Positions 45,091-58,447 of a stretch of DNA of 64,000 nt are shown one piece after another (the first letter of the stretch is position 1; the number at the start of each line of letters is the position of its first letter). Position numbers and translations under genes: made by a program. The DNA comes from Eledone cirrhosa. Taxonomy: Eukaryota. Where the stretch lies: assembly GCA_964016885.1 (NCBI GenBank), contig OZ024743.1, positions 287,866,001 to 287,930,000 of the forward strand. Reading direction: 5' to 3'. The notes beneath the pieces are model-generated. The model was not told the origin of the DNA. It made no database searches and was given only the letters and a program-made list of their open reading frames with translations.

Positions 45091-45462
45091 CGGGGGTCGG
45101 TTGAAAAGTTCATAGGATGACTATAAAGGAATTGTGCTAGAGCTGTGAAATCATGTATTTGGCAGTATCGGTAGAGGGTCGGACGCCATGCTTTGACGCA
45201 TAGAGTTACGGCCCTTGCCATTCTGAGTTCAAATCCCGCCGAGGTTAACTTTGGCTATCATCCTTACGGGTCGATAAAATAAAGTACCAGCAATCTACTC
45301 TGTAATTGCTGGCCTTGTGCCAATAGTAGAAACAATTATTAATAACTGTATTGTTTCTTTCCAAGGACGATGCTGAAAAATAAACCTCATTTGGTCATTC
45401 CATGAGAGTATTTTGGTTAGCCTATGAACTTTTCAGCCTATAAACTTTTCAACCGACCTTCG
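45091..45462. mobile_element. Mariner-type MITE with TA TSD and a nested SINE (45159-45341)
   Basis: ta|cgggggtcggttgaaaagtt ... aacttttcaaccgaccttcg|ta. Confidence 0.85.
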
Positions 45463-45819
45463 TAGGAGGAGAAAAAAACATGTGGGCGTACTCAGCAAAA
45501 TAGAGGGATTGTCTTTACCTGTTTCACAGCTAGTTGGCTGTTCATTAGAAAAACAAATACTGTTGTCTTTTCGTCTACGATGAGAACTCATAACAGAGAA
45601 ATAACTTAATTGAAATGATCAGACTAATTTGCATAATGTGCATTCATTAGCGATGTTGTTAATAAAATAGTAGATAGTAAATAGTTATGCCCAACACAAC
45701 GTAATATAGGTAGATATACCTAGACACCGTCTTGTCTTCTTGAGTCATCCCTCCATCGAAGGTGAAGAACTCATTTTGCTTTTTCTAATGGCTAGAATAT
45801 ATGTGGCTCGCTAACATCT

Positions 45820-46530
45820 GCAGAGAAGAATCAGCAAAGTCTTTCCTTCAGGTGAACTGAGCAAAGATGAAGTTGATGCATGTCGGCGATGGCCCGGATC
45901 GTTTCCTGCTTCATGTTGGCCCCGACGTCGTGGAGTTTGTCAGCTCTTTCATTTACCTGGGTTCGACTGTCACCAACAATGGAGACTTGACTCCGGAGAT
46001 CAACCGCAGATATGGTCTAGTCGGCGGGGTCATGCACTCCCTAAGGAAGCCCCTTTGGCGCCATTGCTCTATCTCCCAGAAAATGAAGCTCCGTATCTAC
46101 AACACATCGGTGCTCTCCGTTCTCCTCTATGGAGTAGAAACGTGACCCTTTACAAAGACCCTAGCAAAGAGGATCGATGGATTCAATAGCAGAGACCTGA
46201 GGATCATCGAGGACATCAGATGGCACCACCACGTTTCCAACAAAGAGTTGCGTGCCCATCAACCCGCAGCCTCCAGACTCATAACCATCCGCTGCATGCG
46301 CAGGTATGGACATGTGCTCCGCCGGCCGCCAGATCATCCTACCATGGCCTTAATCTCGTTCGATTCAGCAGCCACAGATTGGATGACGCCCCGCGGCAGG
46401 GCCCATACCAGATGGCTGGAATTTATCAAGGAAGATCTCCAGAGGCTCGACGTCACATTGGATGATGCAGAGGGGCTGGCACAGGACTGCTAGTGATTCA
46501 AAATATTGGTAGATCTGGTCGGCTCAACGC
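45820..46530 (+). pseudogene. RTE-clade LINE, 3' portion of the RT ORF
   Basis: VEFVSSFIYLGSTV...EINRR...KLRIYNTSVLSVLLYGVET*...LRII..IRW..HVSN.EL...YGHVLR...RGR...RW. Confidence 0.9.
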
Positions 46531-47578
46531 ACGATGATGCCTCTCAGATCACTGACCTAGACTGACCCAGTCTCAACGCACGATGATGCCTTTCAGATCA
46601 CTGACCTAGGCTGACCCCAGTCTCAACGCACGATGATGCCTCTCAGATCACTGACCTAGGCTGACCCCAGTCTCAACGCACTATGATGCCTCTCAGATCA
46701 CTGACCGAGGCTGACCCCAGTTTCAACGCACGATGATGCCTCTCAGATCACTGACCGAGGCTGACCCCAGTCTCAACGCACGATGATGCCTCTCAGATCA
46801 CTCACCTAGGCTGACCCCAGTCTCAACGCACGATGATGCCTCTCAGATCACTGACCTAGGCTGACCCCAGTCTCAACGCACGATGATGCCTCTCAGATCA
46901 CTGACCGGGGCTGAGCCCAGTCTCAACGCACGATGATGCCTCTCAGATCACTGACCGAGGCTGACCCCAGTCTCAACGCACGATGATGTCTCTCAGATCA
47001 CTGACCGAGGCTGAGCCCAGTCTCAACGCACGATGATGTCTCTCAGATCACTGACTGAGGCTGACCCCAGTCTCAACGCACGATGATGCCTCTCAGATCA
47101 CTGACCGGGGCTGAGCCCAGTCTCAACGCACGATGATGCCTCTCAGATCACTGACCGGGGCTGAGCCCAGTCTCAACGCACGATGATGCCTCTCAGATCA
47201 CTGACCTAGGCTGACCCCAGTCTCAACGCACGATGATGCCTCTCAGATCACTGACCTAGGCTGACCCCAGTCTCAACGCGCGATGATGCCTCTCAGATCA
47301 CTGACCGAGGTTGACCCCAGTCTCAACGCACGATGATGCCTCTCAGATCACTGACCTAGGCTGACCCCAGTCTCAACGCGCGATGATGCCTCTCAGATCA
47401 CTGACCGAGGCTGACCCCAGTCTCAACGCACGATGATGCCTCTCAGATCACTGACCTAGGCTGAGCCCAGTCTCAACGCACGATGATGCCTCTCAGATCA
47501 CTGACCTAGGCTGAGCCCAGTCTCAACGCACGATGATGCCTCTCAGATCACTGACCTAGGCTGACCCCAGTTTCAACG
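46523..47578 (+). repeat. 50-bp minisatellite, ~21 copies, contiguous with the RTE 3' end
   Basis: Unit ctcaacgcacgatgatgcctctcagatcactgacctaggctgaccccagt. Confidence 0.95.
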
Positions 47579-48284
47579 AGCAACAGCAAGAACATTGTTT
47601 TGCACTATTTCCTTCACTATTACCGCAGTATCACCTTCATCACTACCAGAGCCATCATCATCATCATTGTCATCATTATCATCATCATCATTGTCATCAT
47701 CATCATCATCGTCGTGGTCGTTATCATCAACATCATCAACATCATCATCGTCATCTTTCTCATCATCATCACCATCACTGTCATCGCCATCATCATCACC
47801 ACCATCACCATCATCATCATCATCGTCATCATCATCATCATCATCATTATTACCATCATCATCATCATCACCAACATCATCATTATTATCATCACCATCG
47901 CCGCCAACATCATCAACATTCGATACTTATGCGAAACAAGATGTCGGCTTCAATCAAAAATGAAATAAATTAATAAAGGAAAAAAAAAAAAAAAAAAAAA
48001 AGCAAGACAAAACAAAAAGACAAAATAAAAGGCCAAACACGGCATGGAAATAGAATATCATAAAACTTAAAATATCATAAAATTAAATTGAAAAATATTA
48101 AAATGTAGTAATAAATTGGGAGGGTGGGGGATATAGGGTGGGGGATATAGGGTGGGGGATATGGGGTGGGGATATGGGGTGGGGGATACTGGTGACTATT
48201 AACCACATAATATCTAATAATATTTTCGACTGGCAGCTATAAAAATCTGCTGACTTGTCCCTTGATGGTAGTTGTTGTTTATGA

Positions 48285-49690
48285 CTTGTGTCTATGTGTG
48301 TGTATGTATATATGTTTGTATGTATATGTGTGTGTCTCTCTTTCTGTGTCTGTCTGTATATGTGTGTGTGTCTCTCTTTCTGTGTCTGTTTATATGTGTG
48401 TATGTCTGTGTGTCTGTATATATATGTGTGTGTGTGTACTCTCTGTGTCTATGTATATATGTGTGTGTATGTATATGTCTGTATGTATATGTGTGTGTCT
48501 CTCTGTGTCTGTATGTATATGTGTGTATACGTGTGTGTCTGTCTGTATGTGTGTATGTATATGTGTGTTTGTCTCTGTGTCTGTATGTATATATGTGTGT
48601 GTGTGTGTCTGTCTGCGTCTGTATGTATATGTGTGTGTATGTATGTGCATATATCTGTGTTTGTATGTATCTGTGTTTGTATGTATGTGTCTGTCTATGT
48701 GTGTATGTATGTGTATATATCTGTGTTTGTATGTATGTGTCTGTCCATGTGTGTATGTGTATATATCTGTGTTTGTATGTATGTCTCTTTCCATGTGTGT
48801 GTATGTATATGTATATATCTGTGTTTGTATGTATGTGTCTTTCCATGTGTGTGTATGTATGTGTATATATCTGTGTTTGTATGTATCTGTGTTTGTATGT
48901 ATGTGTCTGTCTATGTGTGTGTGTATGTGTATATATCTGTGTTTGTATGTATGTGTCTGTCTATGTGTGTATGTATGTGTATATATCTGTGTTTGTATGT
49001 ATGTGTCTGTCCATGTGTGTGTATGTGTATATATCTGTGTTTGTATGTATGTGTCTGTCTATGTGTGTGTGTATGTGTATATATCTGTGTTTGTATGTAT
49101 GTGTCTGTCTATGTGTGTGTGTATGTGTATATATCTGTGTTTGTATGTATGTGTCTGTCTATGTGTGTGTGTATGTGTATATATCTGTGTTTGTATGTAT
49201 GTGTCTGTCCATATGTGTGTATGTATGTGTATATATCTGTGTTTGTATGTATGTGTCTGTCCATGTGTGTGTGTATATATCTGTGTTTGTATGTATGTGT
49301 CTGTCCATGTGTGTGTATGTATGTCTCTATCCATATGTTTGCATAGATGCGTATGTCCATGTGTTTGTATATATGCGTCTCTTGGTGTTTGTATGTATAT
49401 GTGTGTATTTGTCCTTATATGTGTACGTTTCTAAGTCTGTACAATGGTGTTAATCCTATGTGTATGTATTTATGTGTGTATGTGTGCATGTATATGTATT
49501 TATGTGTGCATGTGTATGTATTTATGTGTATGTATTTATGTGTATGTGTGCATGTATATGTATTTATGTGTGTATGTGTGCATGTGTATGTATTTATGTG
49601 TGTATGTGTGCATGTATATGTATTTATGTGTGTATGTGTGTATGTGTGCATGTGTATATATTTATGTGTATATGTGTGTATGTATATGGG
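48285..49690. repeat. Compound TG/TA-derived minisatellite
   Basis: Repeated gtatatatctgtgtttgtatgtatgtgtctgt units. Confidence 0.9.
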
Positions 49691-49822
49691 CGGTGAGTGT
49701 GGGTTGGTGGTAAAATGCCTTGCGGTGTTTGGTTACGTTTCTTTACATTCTCAGTTCAAATCTCACCAAGGTCAAATATGTTTTTCATCTATCGGAAGTG
49801 ATAAAATATAGTACCAGCCCAG

Positions 49823-50770
49823 TATGATGTTGTTGGTGATGATGATGGCGGTGTTGGTGATGGTGGTGGTGTTGGTGATGGTGGTGGGGTTGGTGTTGAT
49901 GATGGTGGTGGTGTTGGTGATGATGGTGGTGGTGTTGGTGATGATGTTGGTGATGATGGTGATGATGATGGTGGTGTTGGTGATGATGGTGGTGGTGTTG
50001 GTGATGATGGTGGTGGTGTTGGTGATGATGGTGGTGGTGTTGACGATGATGGTGGTGTTGTTGGTGATGATGGTGTTGGTGATGATGGTGGTGGTGTTGG
50101 TGATGATGGTGGTGGTGTTGGTATTGATGATGGTGGTGGTGTTGGTGATGATGGTGGTGGTGTTGGTGATGATGGTGGTGGTGTTGGCGATGATGGTGGT
50201 GGTGTTGGTGATGATGGTGGTGGTGTTGGTGATGATGGTGGTGGTGTTGACGATGATGGTGGTGGTGTTGGTGATGATGGGGGTGGTGTTGGTGATGATG
50301 GTGGTGGTGTTTGTGAAGATGATGGTGGTGTTGGTGATGATGGTGGTGGTGATGGTGATGATGGTGGTGGTGATGGTGATGATGGTGGTGGTGTTGGTGA
50401 TGATGTTGGTGGTGGTGTTGGTGATGATGGTGGTGGTGATGGTGATGATGGTGGTGGTGTTGGTGATGATGGTGGTGGTGTTGACGATGATGGTGGTGGT
50501 GTTGGTGATGATGGTGGTGGTGTTGGTGATGATGGTGGTGGTGTTGGTGATGATGGTGGTGGTGTTTGTGAAGATGATGGTGGTGTTGGTGATGATGGTG
50601 GTGGTGATGGTGATGATGGTGGTGGTGTTGGTGATGATGTTGGTGGTGGTGTTGGTGATGATGGTGGTGGTGATGGTGATGATGGTGGTGGTGATGGTGA
50701 TGATGGTGGTGGTGATGGTGATGATGATGGTGGTGTTGGTGATGATGGTGTTGGTGTTGGTGATGATGCA
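49823..50770. repeat. 18-bp (GTGGTGGTGTTGGTGATG-like) repeat array
   Basis: Read directly; produces spurious long ORFs in several frames. Confidence 0.95.
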
Positions 50771-50842
50771 TATGATGATAATGTCGATGGTAATGATTGT
50801 GGTATTTGATGACACAGATGACCATAGTGATAAAGATGATGA

Positions 50843-51009
50843 TAATTGTTTCTACTTTTGGCACAAGGCCAGCAATTATCCCAGTGCATTACTGGTACTT
50901 TATTTTATCGACCCCCGTAAGGATGAAAGGCAAAGTTAACATCGGCGGGATTTGAACTCAAACCGTAAAGGGACGTAACTGTATGTTGGAAAGCATGGTG
51001 TCTGACCCT
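50843..51009 (-). mobile_element. tRNA-derived SINE
   Basis: Reverse complement of the SINE consensus. Confidence 0.9.
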
Positions 51010-51772
51010 GAATGATTGTTGTGGTGGTTATGATGATGTCGGAGGTGACGATGAAAATAATGCTGATGGTGATTGTGGCGCTGGTAAAAAGGTGATGAAG
51101 ATGATGATAATGATGATGGTAACAGATGATGATGTATGTATGGTTATGATAAATATGACGCTCTAAGAACAATGATGAAAATCAAGATGCTGCTGCTACT
51201 TCTGCTACTGCTGCTTCTGCTACTGATGATAAAAAGTACAGATGATGATGATGATGGTGGTGATGGTGGTGATAATGTCGTTATCAATTATTAATACCTA
51301 AAATATCAACCGACCAAAACATAAAACACAAAAGACAGCCATACTGGTGACGTCTAGTTTAATGGCTGACATTTCGTACACGTCTTCGTGTTGTTGGCAG
51401 AGAATTAGATCCAATGTCATCACTAAATTAGTGAAATGATTAAAAGACAGTTCCATCTTTTCTCTCTAACACCCCTCCATACATTTTCATATTTTTCATA
51501 TTTGTATTTGTCTTTCAAAGGTTCTCAATTCTCCTTCGAAGTCGCATCTAATTCTTTTTTTTTTCTCTTTCTCTGTATTATAACATATACACTTTCTTGT
51601 ATTCCCTCCCTCTTTTTGGTTCTCTTTCTCGTTTTCTGTGTATTTACACATACACATGCATTCGTACATACATACATGCCTACATACATACATACGCCCA
51701 TATATATATATATATATATGAAGATTTTATTGTAATATATTAATAAATACACAAGTTTATAAAGAATACACG

Positions 51773-51828
<56 letters not shown>

Positions 51829-51839
51829 TCTTTCTCTCT

Positions 51840-51939
<100 letters not shown>

Positions 51940-52553
51940 TGTTATATTTGAGGAGGGTCATATTGTTGTAACATTGCCAGAAATAATAATAAAACAATCT
52001 CACTGTTCGGTTTGGATTGGTTTTCGCTTCTGTATATTTTATATTCCTATAGTTAATTTAACTGGCAATCAATGTTTATCATTGATTGACGAACGGTTAA
52101 AAATATAGATATAAATATATCGCCAGACAAAGACATGATGGTAATATAGACAACATAGAAATTAAAATAATATCTAAACATAGAAATGACTCAACAGGTT
52201 GACAAATCAGAGAAGCAAGTGAAATAAAACTAAGAAAAGCGAAGTTGAACAGAAAAAATGAATGGAATAACAACAACAACCATACACAACACACAATACT
52301 GACCTAAGATAAATATAAATAAATATACACAGGTACAATAACAACAACCACATATACACACACATTAGTGAACACAATTAGAATACAAACATACACAGAC
52401 TCAGACACAAACACACACCAAAGAGAAAACACACACACAAACGCATGCGCAAACAGAGACAATAATAAGTATATAAATAAATAAACAAATAAATAAATAG
52501 ATAAACAAAAAATGGAGTGGACATTACAATACAACGGGAGGAAACATAATGGC

Positions 52554-52595
52554 ACCACTGATGATATCACAGGTGTGTGATGAAAGAACTTTGAT
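52554..52595 (+). ncRNA. Minimal hammerhead motif (family E-related)
   Basis: acca CTGATGA t ATCAC aggtgt GTGAT GAAA g aa c TT tgat; stem II covaries with 10288-10332. Confidence 0.65.
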
Positions 52596-52744
52596 AGACT
52601 GTATATATATATTTATATCTATATCTTTAACCTTGGTCAATCAATGATAAACATTGATTGCCAGCTAAATTAACTATATGAATATAAAATATAGAGAAGC
52701 GAAAATCAATCCAAACCAAACTGAGTGTGTTTTATTATTATTTC

Positions 52745-53105
52745 TGGCGGTGGATTGGCAGTATCGGTAGAGGGTCGGACGCCATGCTTTCCAGCATAGT
52801 TATGCCCCTTTACGATCTGAGTTCAAATCCCGCCGAGGTTGACTTTGTCTTTCATCCTTACGAGGTCGATAAAATAAAGTACCAGTGATGCACTGAATAA
52901 TTGCTGGCCTTGTGCCAAAAGTAGAAACAATTATTATTTCTGGCGGTGGATTGGCAGTATCGGTAGAGGGTTGGACGCCATGCTTTGACGCATAGAGTTA
53001 CAGACATTTCCATTCTGAGTTCAAATCCCGCCGAGGTTAACTTTTCCTTTCATCCTTACGGGGTCGAAATTGCTGGCCTTGTGCCAAAAGTAGAAACAAT
53101 TATTA
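52745..53105 (+). mobile_element. Tandem pair of tRNA-derived SINEs
   Basis: A box tggcagtatcggtag, B box gagttcaaatccc, central ctttcatccttacg(a/g)ggtcga domain, (ATT) tail. Confidence 0.95.
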
Positions 53106-53228
53106 TTTCTGGCCACATTATAAAAACAGGATCCTCCCCAAATATAAGAATATTTGTTTCAACCCACGATTTCATATCAAAAGCCTTGCGAAACAAATAT
53201 ATATATTACGAATATAGTACATAACACA

Positions 53229-53272
<44 letters not shown>

Positions 53273-53399
53273 TCACTACTTGTTTTCATTTTAATTTTTG
53301 TTCAGCCTTTTTTTATTTTTTTCCTTCATTTTAATTTTTTCCCCCTTTTTCATGTCTTTCCACCCCCACCCCCCTCACACCCTCTCGGAACTCTTTTCC

Positions 53400-53499
53400 T
53401 TCTCACCTATCTCCTGATGAAGGGCTTATGCCCGAAACGCCGTCCCCCACCCCCTACTCTCAAGCCAACACTGTTCGTAACTGCACTCCTTGTTTTTTA

Positions 53500-53505
<6 letters not shown>
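53400..53505 (+). mobile_element. PLE family A-like terminal fragment with hammerhead core 53414-53438
   Basis: CTGATGA a GGGC ttat GCCC GAAA cg; stem I partner not evident. Confidence 0.55.
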
Positions 53506-53532
<27 letters not shown>

Positions 53533-53536
<4 letters not shown>

Positions 53537-53780
53537 ATGTTTAACCCCGACGGCAGAGCTCAAGCCGTTTCGACGGCTATTTCTGGACTAAATTAACATT
53601 TTTAGCGTGGATTTTATTACCACGCTAAAAATTCTAATTTAGTCCAGAAATAGCCGTCGAAACGGCTTGAGCTCTGCCGTCGGGGTTAAACATTTTCCTA
53701 TTACCCACTCTAATACCCTAAGTATTGAGTACTCTGGTGCGTTATGGTCCATCTGGTTCCTTACCACACTTCCTTCGTTA
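53533..53780. mobile_element. Fold-back element in (TA)n: 165-bp palindrome plus tail
   Basis: Palindrome 53533-53697; each arm has GAAA CGGC..GCCG TC (3' half of a hammerhead); tail recurs inverted at 57458-57543. Confidence 0.75.
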
Positions 53781-53854
53781 TATATATATATATATATATA
53801 TATATTGAAAGGATAACAAGGACGATTGATTACTCCTTCATTGCATTTATTGGT

Positions 53855-53941
53855 AGGTGACGCGCGTTTCGCCACTGATCAGCTCAATGTTCGATCTGTA
53901 TCGATCATACTCGACTCAATAATCGGCGGCTCGACAGACCC
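53855..53941 (-). ncRNA. Hammerhead motif with CTGTCGA core variant
   Basis: GGGT CTGtCGA GCCGCcGATTA...TGATCaGTGGC GAAA cgcgcg TC ACCT. Confidence 0.6.
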
Positions 53942-54021
53942 TTTAAAATGCTTACACCTCATCACAGAAGTGAACCTAAACATCGAGTGCTCTCCCGGGT
54001 GAACCTGCAGTTACACCCCCT

Positions 54022-54110
<89 letters not shown>

Positions 54111-54328
54111 TATATATATATAGATATAGATATATGTATACACAATAAGACTCTACTCGAACACAACTTAAACCGAACAATCGTTCACCTTTCTATAAGA
54201 CTAAGAAAATAGTAGTCGTAGCGATAACCACAGATGGAATGGTAGAGATTGGTAGTATTTGTTCTCTTTCTCTCTCCCATATACACACACACACACATAG
54301 ATATAGATATAAATATATATATATATGC

Positions 54329-55401
54329 AATAAAGTATGGCCATAGAATCATTTGATAAAATATATACACCATTTCCTCTCCCAACCAACATAATCAACC
54401 ACAAAAAAAAAAAAAAAACAATTAAAGAAGGCTATAAGATTAAAAGGCACCTATGAAGAAATAATAGATAAATAAACGACAGCTATCTATGCGCGATCAA
54501 CAGCTATAGAATATTTACTCAGCATTTCTAATAGCACGTGGAAATCGATTAAATGTATCGTCAACCATACACAATTAGGTATAAAATCAAAGTTAGAAGA
54601 AATTAATTAATTCGTCATTGAGCCACATCGTGAATGGTCGCCAAAAATACACATATATATATCTATGACTTTTTCTAGTTTATGTATATGTAAATCTTTA
54701 TATTTGATAATCTCCCATATGGTTGAGATGCAATTTAGGCAGTATTAGGCTGCGCTTTCTAGCAACCAGCCCACTCGCCGTAAGGCATCAATCACATTCT
54801 TTCTGACTTGACCACCGCCACATCGCAGTTCTTAGCCATTTTGAATTCGTTTCTGGCGGCGATCATTTAAGAAAAATCTTCGTCCAAGTTAGTTTGTTTC
54901 CTGATGATTTCGAAACTCGTGAATTCACCCTTGATCGGATATTTCCAAAAAGCGAATGAAACCTCATGGGGTAGAAACATAATTTTGGTATGCTTATATA
55001 CATTTTTTCTTCTAACTTTGATTTTATACCTAACTGTGTATGGTTGACGATATATTTAATCGATTCCACGTGCTATTAGAAATGCTGGGTAAATATTCTA
55101 TAGTTGTTGATCGCCGATAGATAGCTGTCGTTTATTTATCTATTATTTCTTCATAGGTGCCTTTTAATCTTATAGCCTTGTTTAATTGGTTTTTTGTGTG
55201 GTTGATTATGCTGGTTAGGAGAGGAAATGGTGTATATATTTTATCAAATGATTCTATGGACATACTTTATTATATATTGCTCTGATTGTTGATTATTTAA
55301 TTAATTAATTCGTCATTGAGCCACATCGTGAATGGTCGCCAAAAATATATATCTATATCTATGACTTTGTCTAGTTTATGTATATGTAAATCTTTATATT
55401 T
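54329..55401 (+). mobile_element. PLE-type element with inverted (54329-54602 / 55006-55271) and direct (54601-54705 / 55299-55401) terminal copies
   Basis: Read directly; hammerhead just upstream of the right arm. Confidence 0.75.
54895..54979 (+). ncRNA. Type I hammerhead ribozyme
   Basis: TGTTTC CTGATGA t TTCG...CGAA t GAAA CCTC at GGGG TA GAAACA. Confidence 0.75.
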
Positions 55402-56359
55402 TATATATATATATGTTTATAAACGGAAAAAATGAAACGAAATTTCATTTCCCACTCTTAGTACGGCTGTTACTTAAATATAAGTATGTACACGTACATA
55501 CATATATGTATACAGACGTACAGTAGTATGTATATATATATACATACATGCACACATATATATATATATGTACGTATGGATTCACCGAACATTTATTATA
55601 ATGCTCGGTGTGTTTGTAAACAAACATCCCGTATTAAGCCGTAGTGTCCAGCAACCATCGTTGCTCGTTTGTTCAACACTGAAAAAGGAACGCTGTACTA
55701 GTTTCAAGCTTATTAGCTATCGTCAGCAACGTATACCTTCCTGCCAGATTGTTGAACGTATATACTTACCTTATGCATATGAACGGCTGAGTAGCCCAAT
55801 TTGCATATCGGGTGGGTTAATCGGCCGGGTGCACCGACTAACTGAGAAAGGAAGAGGTGATAATGTCGACAGAGAAAGGAAGGGGTGATAACGTCGACTG
55901 AGTAAGGAAGAGGTGATAACGTAGACTTAAGAAGGAAGGGGTGGCAGCATCCAATATTCGCTACATCTGTGTTTGTCTACATGTATAGCGAATTGGCTAC
56001 ACCCATTGGCTGTTATGATTATGTGTGTGTTTGTTTGTGTTCATTTAGAAAGATAAATAGGCAATATAATTACAAACACACATGAATCTACAAATACATA
56101 TATATAAACAGACACACTTAGAAAAATAATTATTACATACACACACAACTATGTGATGACTGAGGATGGAGGGGGTAAGAAACTATAGAAGTCCAGCGTT
56201 CTAAGATTCGTTAAAGCTGTGTGTGTGTATGTGTAGTCATTTGGCTACACACATTGACTGTGGGTTTGTATGTTTGTATCACCTGTGTAAGTGACCGCTA
56301 AGGAACCAACCAACAAACAAAAATTTCTTTTTTTATATTATGTATACATATTACAATTA

Positions 56360-56391
56360 GCCGTCATTTTTGACGGCCCGAGGCCAGCTAG
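56360..56391 (+). mobile_element. Helitron-type 3' terminus
   Basis: Hairpin gccgtca-tttt-tgacggc, then 10 nt and CTAG|t. Confidence 0.6.
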
Positions 56392-56458
56392 TTATATATA
56401 ATTATTATAATTATGCTAATCCACCGCCCTAAAAATAATAATTATTATTCATACATAA

Positions 56459-56897
56459 TGGCGGTGGATTGGCAGTATCGGTAGAGGGTCTGATGCCATG
56501 CTTTGCAGCAGCGAGTTACGGCCCTTTATGGTCTGAGTTTAAATCCCGCTGAAATTAACTTTGCCTTTCATCCTTACGGGGCCGATAAAATAAAGTATCA
56601 GTAATACACTGGAATAATTGCTGGCCTTGTGCTTATAGTAGAAATCATTATTAATACATAATTATCATTATGACGGCTATAGATTGGCAGTATTGGTAGA
56701 ACTTCGGACAACAGGCTTCGTGGCATACAGTTACGGCTCTTTACGTTCTGAGTTGAAATCCGCTGAGTTTAGCTTTGTCATTCATCCTTACAGAATCAAT
56801 AAATTAAAGCAACAGTAACGCACTAGGATCAATTTAATCGATTTTCCTCTTCCCTTCAAATTGATGGCCTTGTGCCAAAGGTAGAAACAATTATTAC
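56459..56897 (+). mobile_element. Two SINE copies (56459-56652 and 56671-56897)
   Basis: Consensus match; atacataat flanks the first copy on both sides. Confidence 0.85.
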
Positions 56898-57315
56898 CGA
56901 TTACTTCGTTTTCCTTTTACTTCAACTTATTTGCGATGAAATGTTTTAATAACAAATTTCATGAGCAGAATGATACTGGAGTCGTGTCTATAACACAAAT
57001 AGGGCTAAACAACAACATTCTCTAATGGTAAGATGAAAATCTAGTATCGTTGAACTGCAAAAAACACAATCACTACTCATTCAAAGGAAAAAAAATCATG
57101 TACCTCTAGGCCTAATTTCTATAAATTGGAGGTCACACGTTCTTTGACAATCTGTGCGGCGACCTAAGACATATAACATAGCGCTAAAACAAGTTCCCGT
57201 AACCCATTTTACACTTAGGCACTAGAAAATATTATAGATAAAGATATTAGAATTAAACTAATATATTCCTTTGTTGTTTCCCTTTAATTTTTACACACAC
57301 ACACACGCACGCACG

Positions 57316-57459
<144 letters not shown>

Positions 57460-57581
57460 ACGAAGGAAATGTGGTAAGGAACCAGGTGGACCATAACGCA
57501 CCAAAGTACTCAATACTTGAGGTAGTAGAGTGGGTAATAGGAACCAGTAAGACCCCTTACTGGTTCCTATATATATATACA

Positions 57582-57814
57582 CAGTGGCGAACTGGCCAAG
57601 TTGCCGGGTTGCCCAATAGCAAGCGGGCCCCAGGGGGCCCACGGTAGTATTACAAGAGCCCACATTAGCATTGCAGGGCCCACTGCAGTATTTTAGGGGC
57701 AAATGATTTGGTTTCAAAAATTACCTGAATTCTAAGAGAAAGAATAACATAAAAAAAAACAAAACAATTAAGCAAAACATTTGGCCAACCAATTCCCCAG
57801 CAAATTACTAGAAA

Positions 57815-57884
<70 letters not shown>

Positions 57885-58260
57885 TGTATAGTGGTAGCTA
57901 TGTTGCTTCCGTAGGCGGTATGCCAAAATTAGCACTCGATATTCATCAGAGTAGAGTGTAGATATTATGAAGAAAAAGAAAAATCAGTGATGCATCTGGA
58001 CTTAGTTTATTTCGTGTTACAAATGTTTCGCCGGCATGTAGCTCGAGTCATGGTCGTTGTATGGATCTGGCTGATTCTACTTCTGTGGGTTCTTTCAGAC
58101 ACGGCTGTTATGTCCGGAGCAAATTTGATCCCTGGGGTGTTGTCATCAAAACAACCCCTCAAAAAACCTTCTTTCCACTCTTGTCATGCCATTGGCTGTT
58201 TTTACTCCACGTCATCACAAGTTCTGTATATATACACACACACACAAACACACCCACACC

Positions 58261-58319
<59 letters not shown>

Positions 58320-58411
58320 TTACATAACTAAGTCCAAATTATAGTAGATTCAAATATCACAGAGAGTGAGAGAGTGAGCGAGAGAGAGAGAGAGAGAGAG
58401 AGAGAGTGAGC

Positions 58412-58447
<36 letters not shown>

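Noticed and set aside
46523-47578. CRISPR-like regular array, or a hammerhead in the 50-bp unit
   Set aside because: No unique spacers and a eukaryotic context; the minus-strand CTGAGAG...GAGAC does not match the hammerhead core
48262-50939. Long Val/Cys/Tyr, His-rich, Thr-rich and Pro/Ser-rich ORFs
   Set aside because: Simple-repeat artefacts open in many frames, with no splice or domain evidence
52745-52835. tRNA gene
   Set aside because: A and B boxes are present, but this is the head of a multi-copy SINE with no full cloverleaf
57885-57955. Minus-strand CTGATGA...GAAG candidate
   Set aside because: GAAA is absent and stems I and III are not convincing
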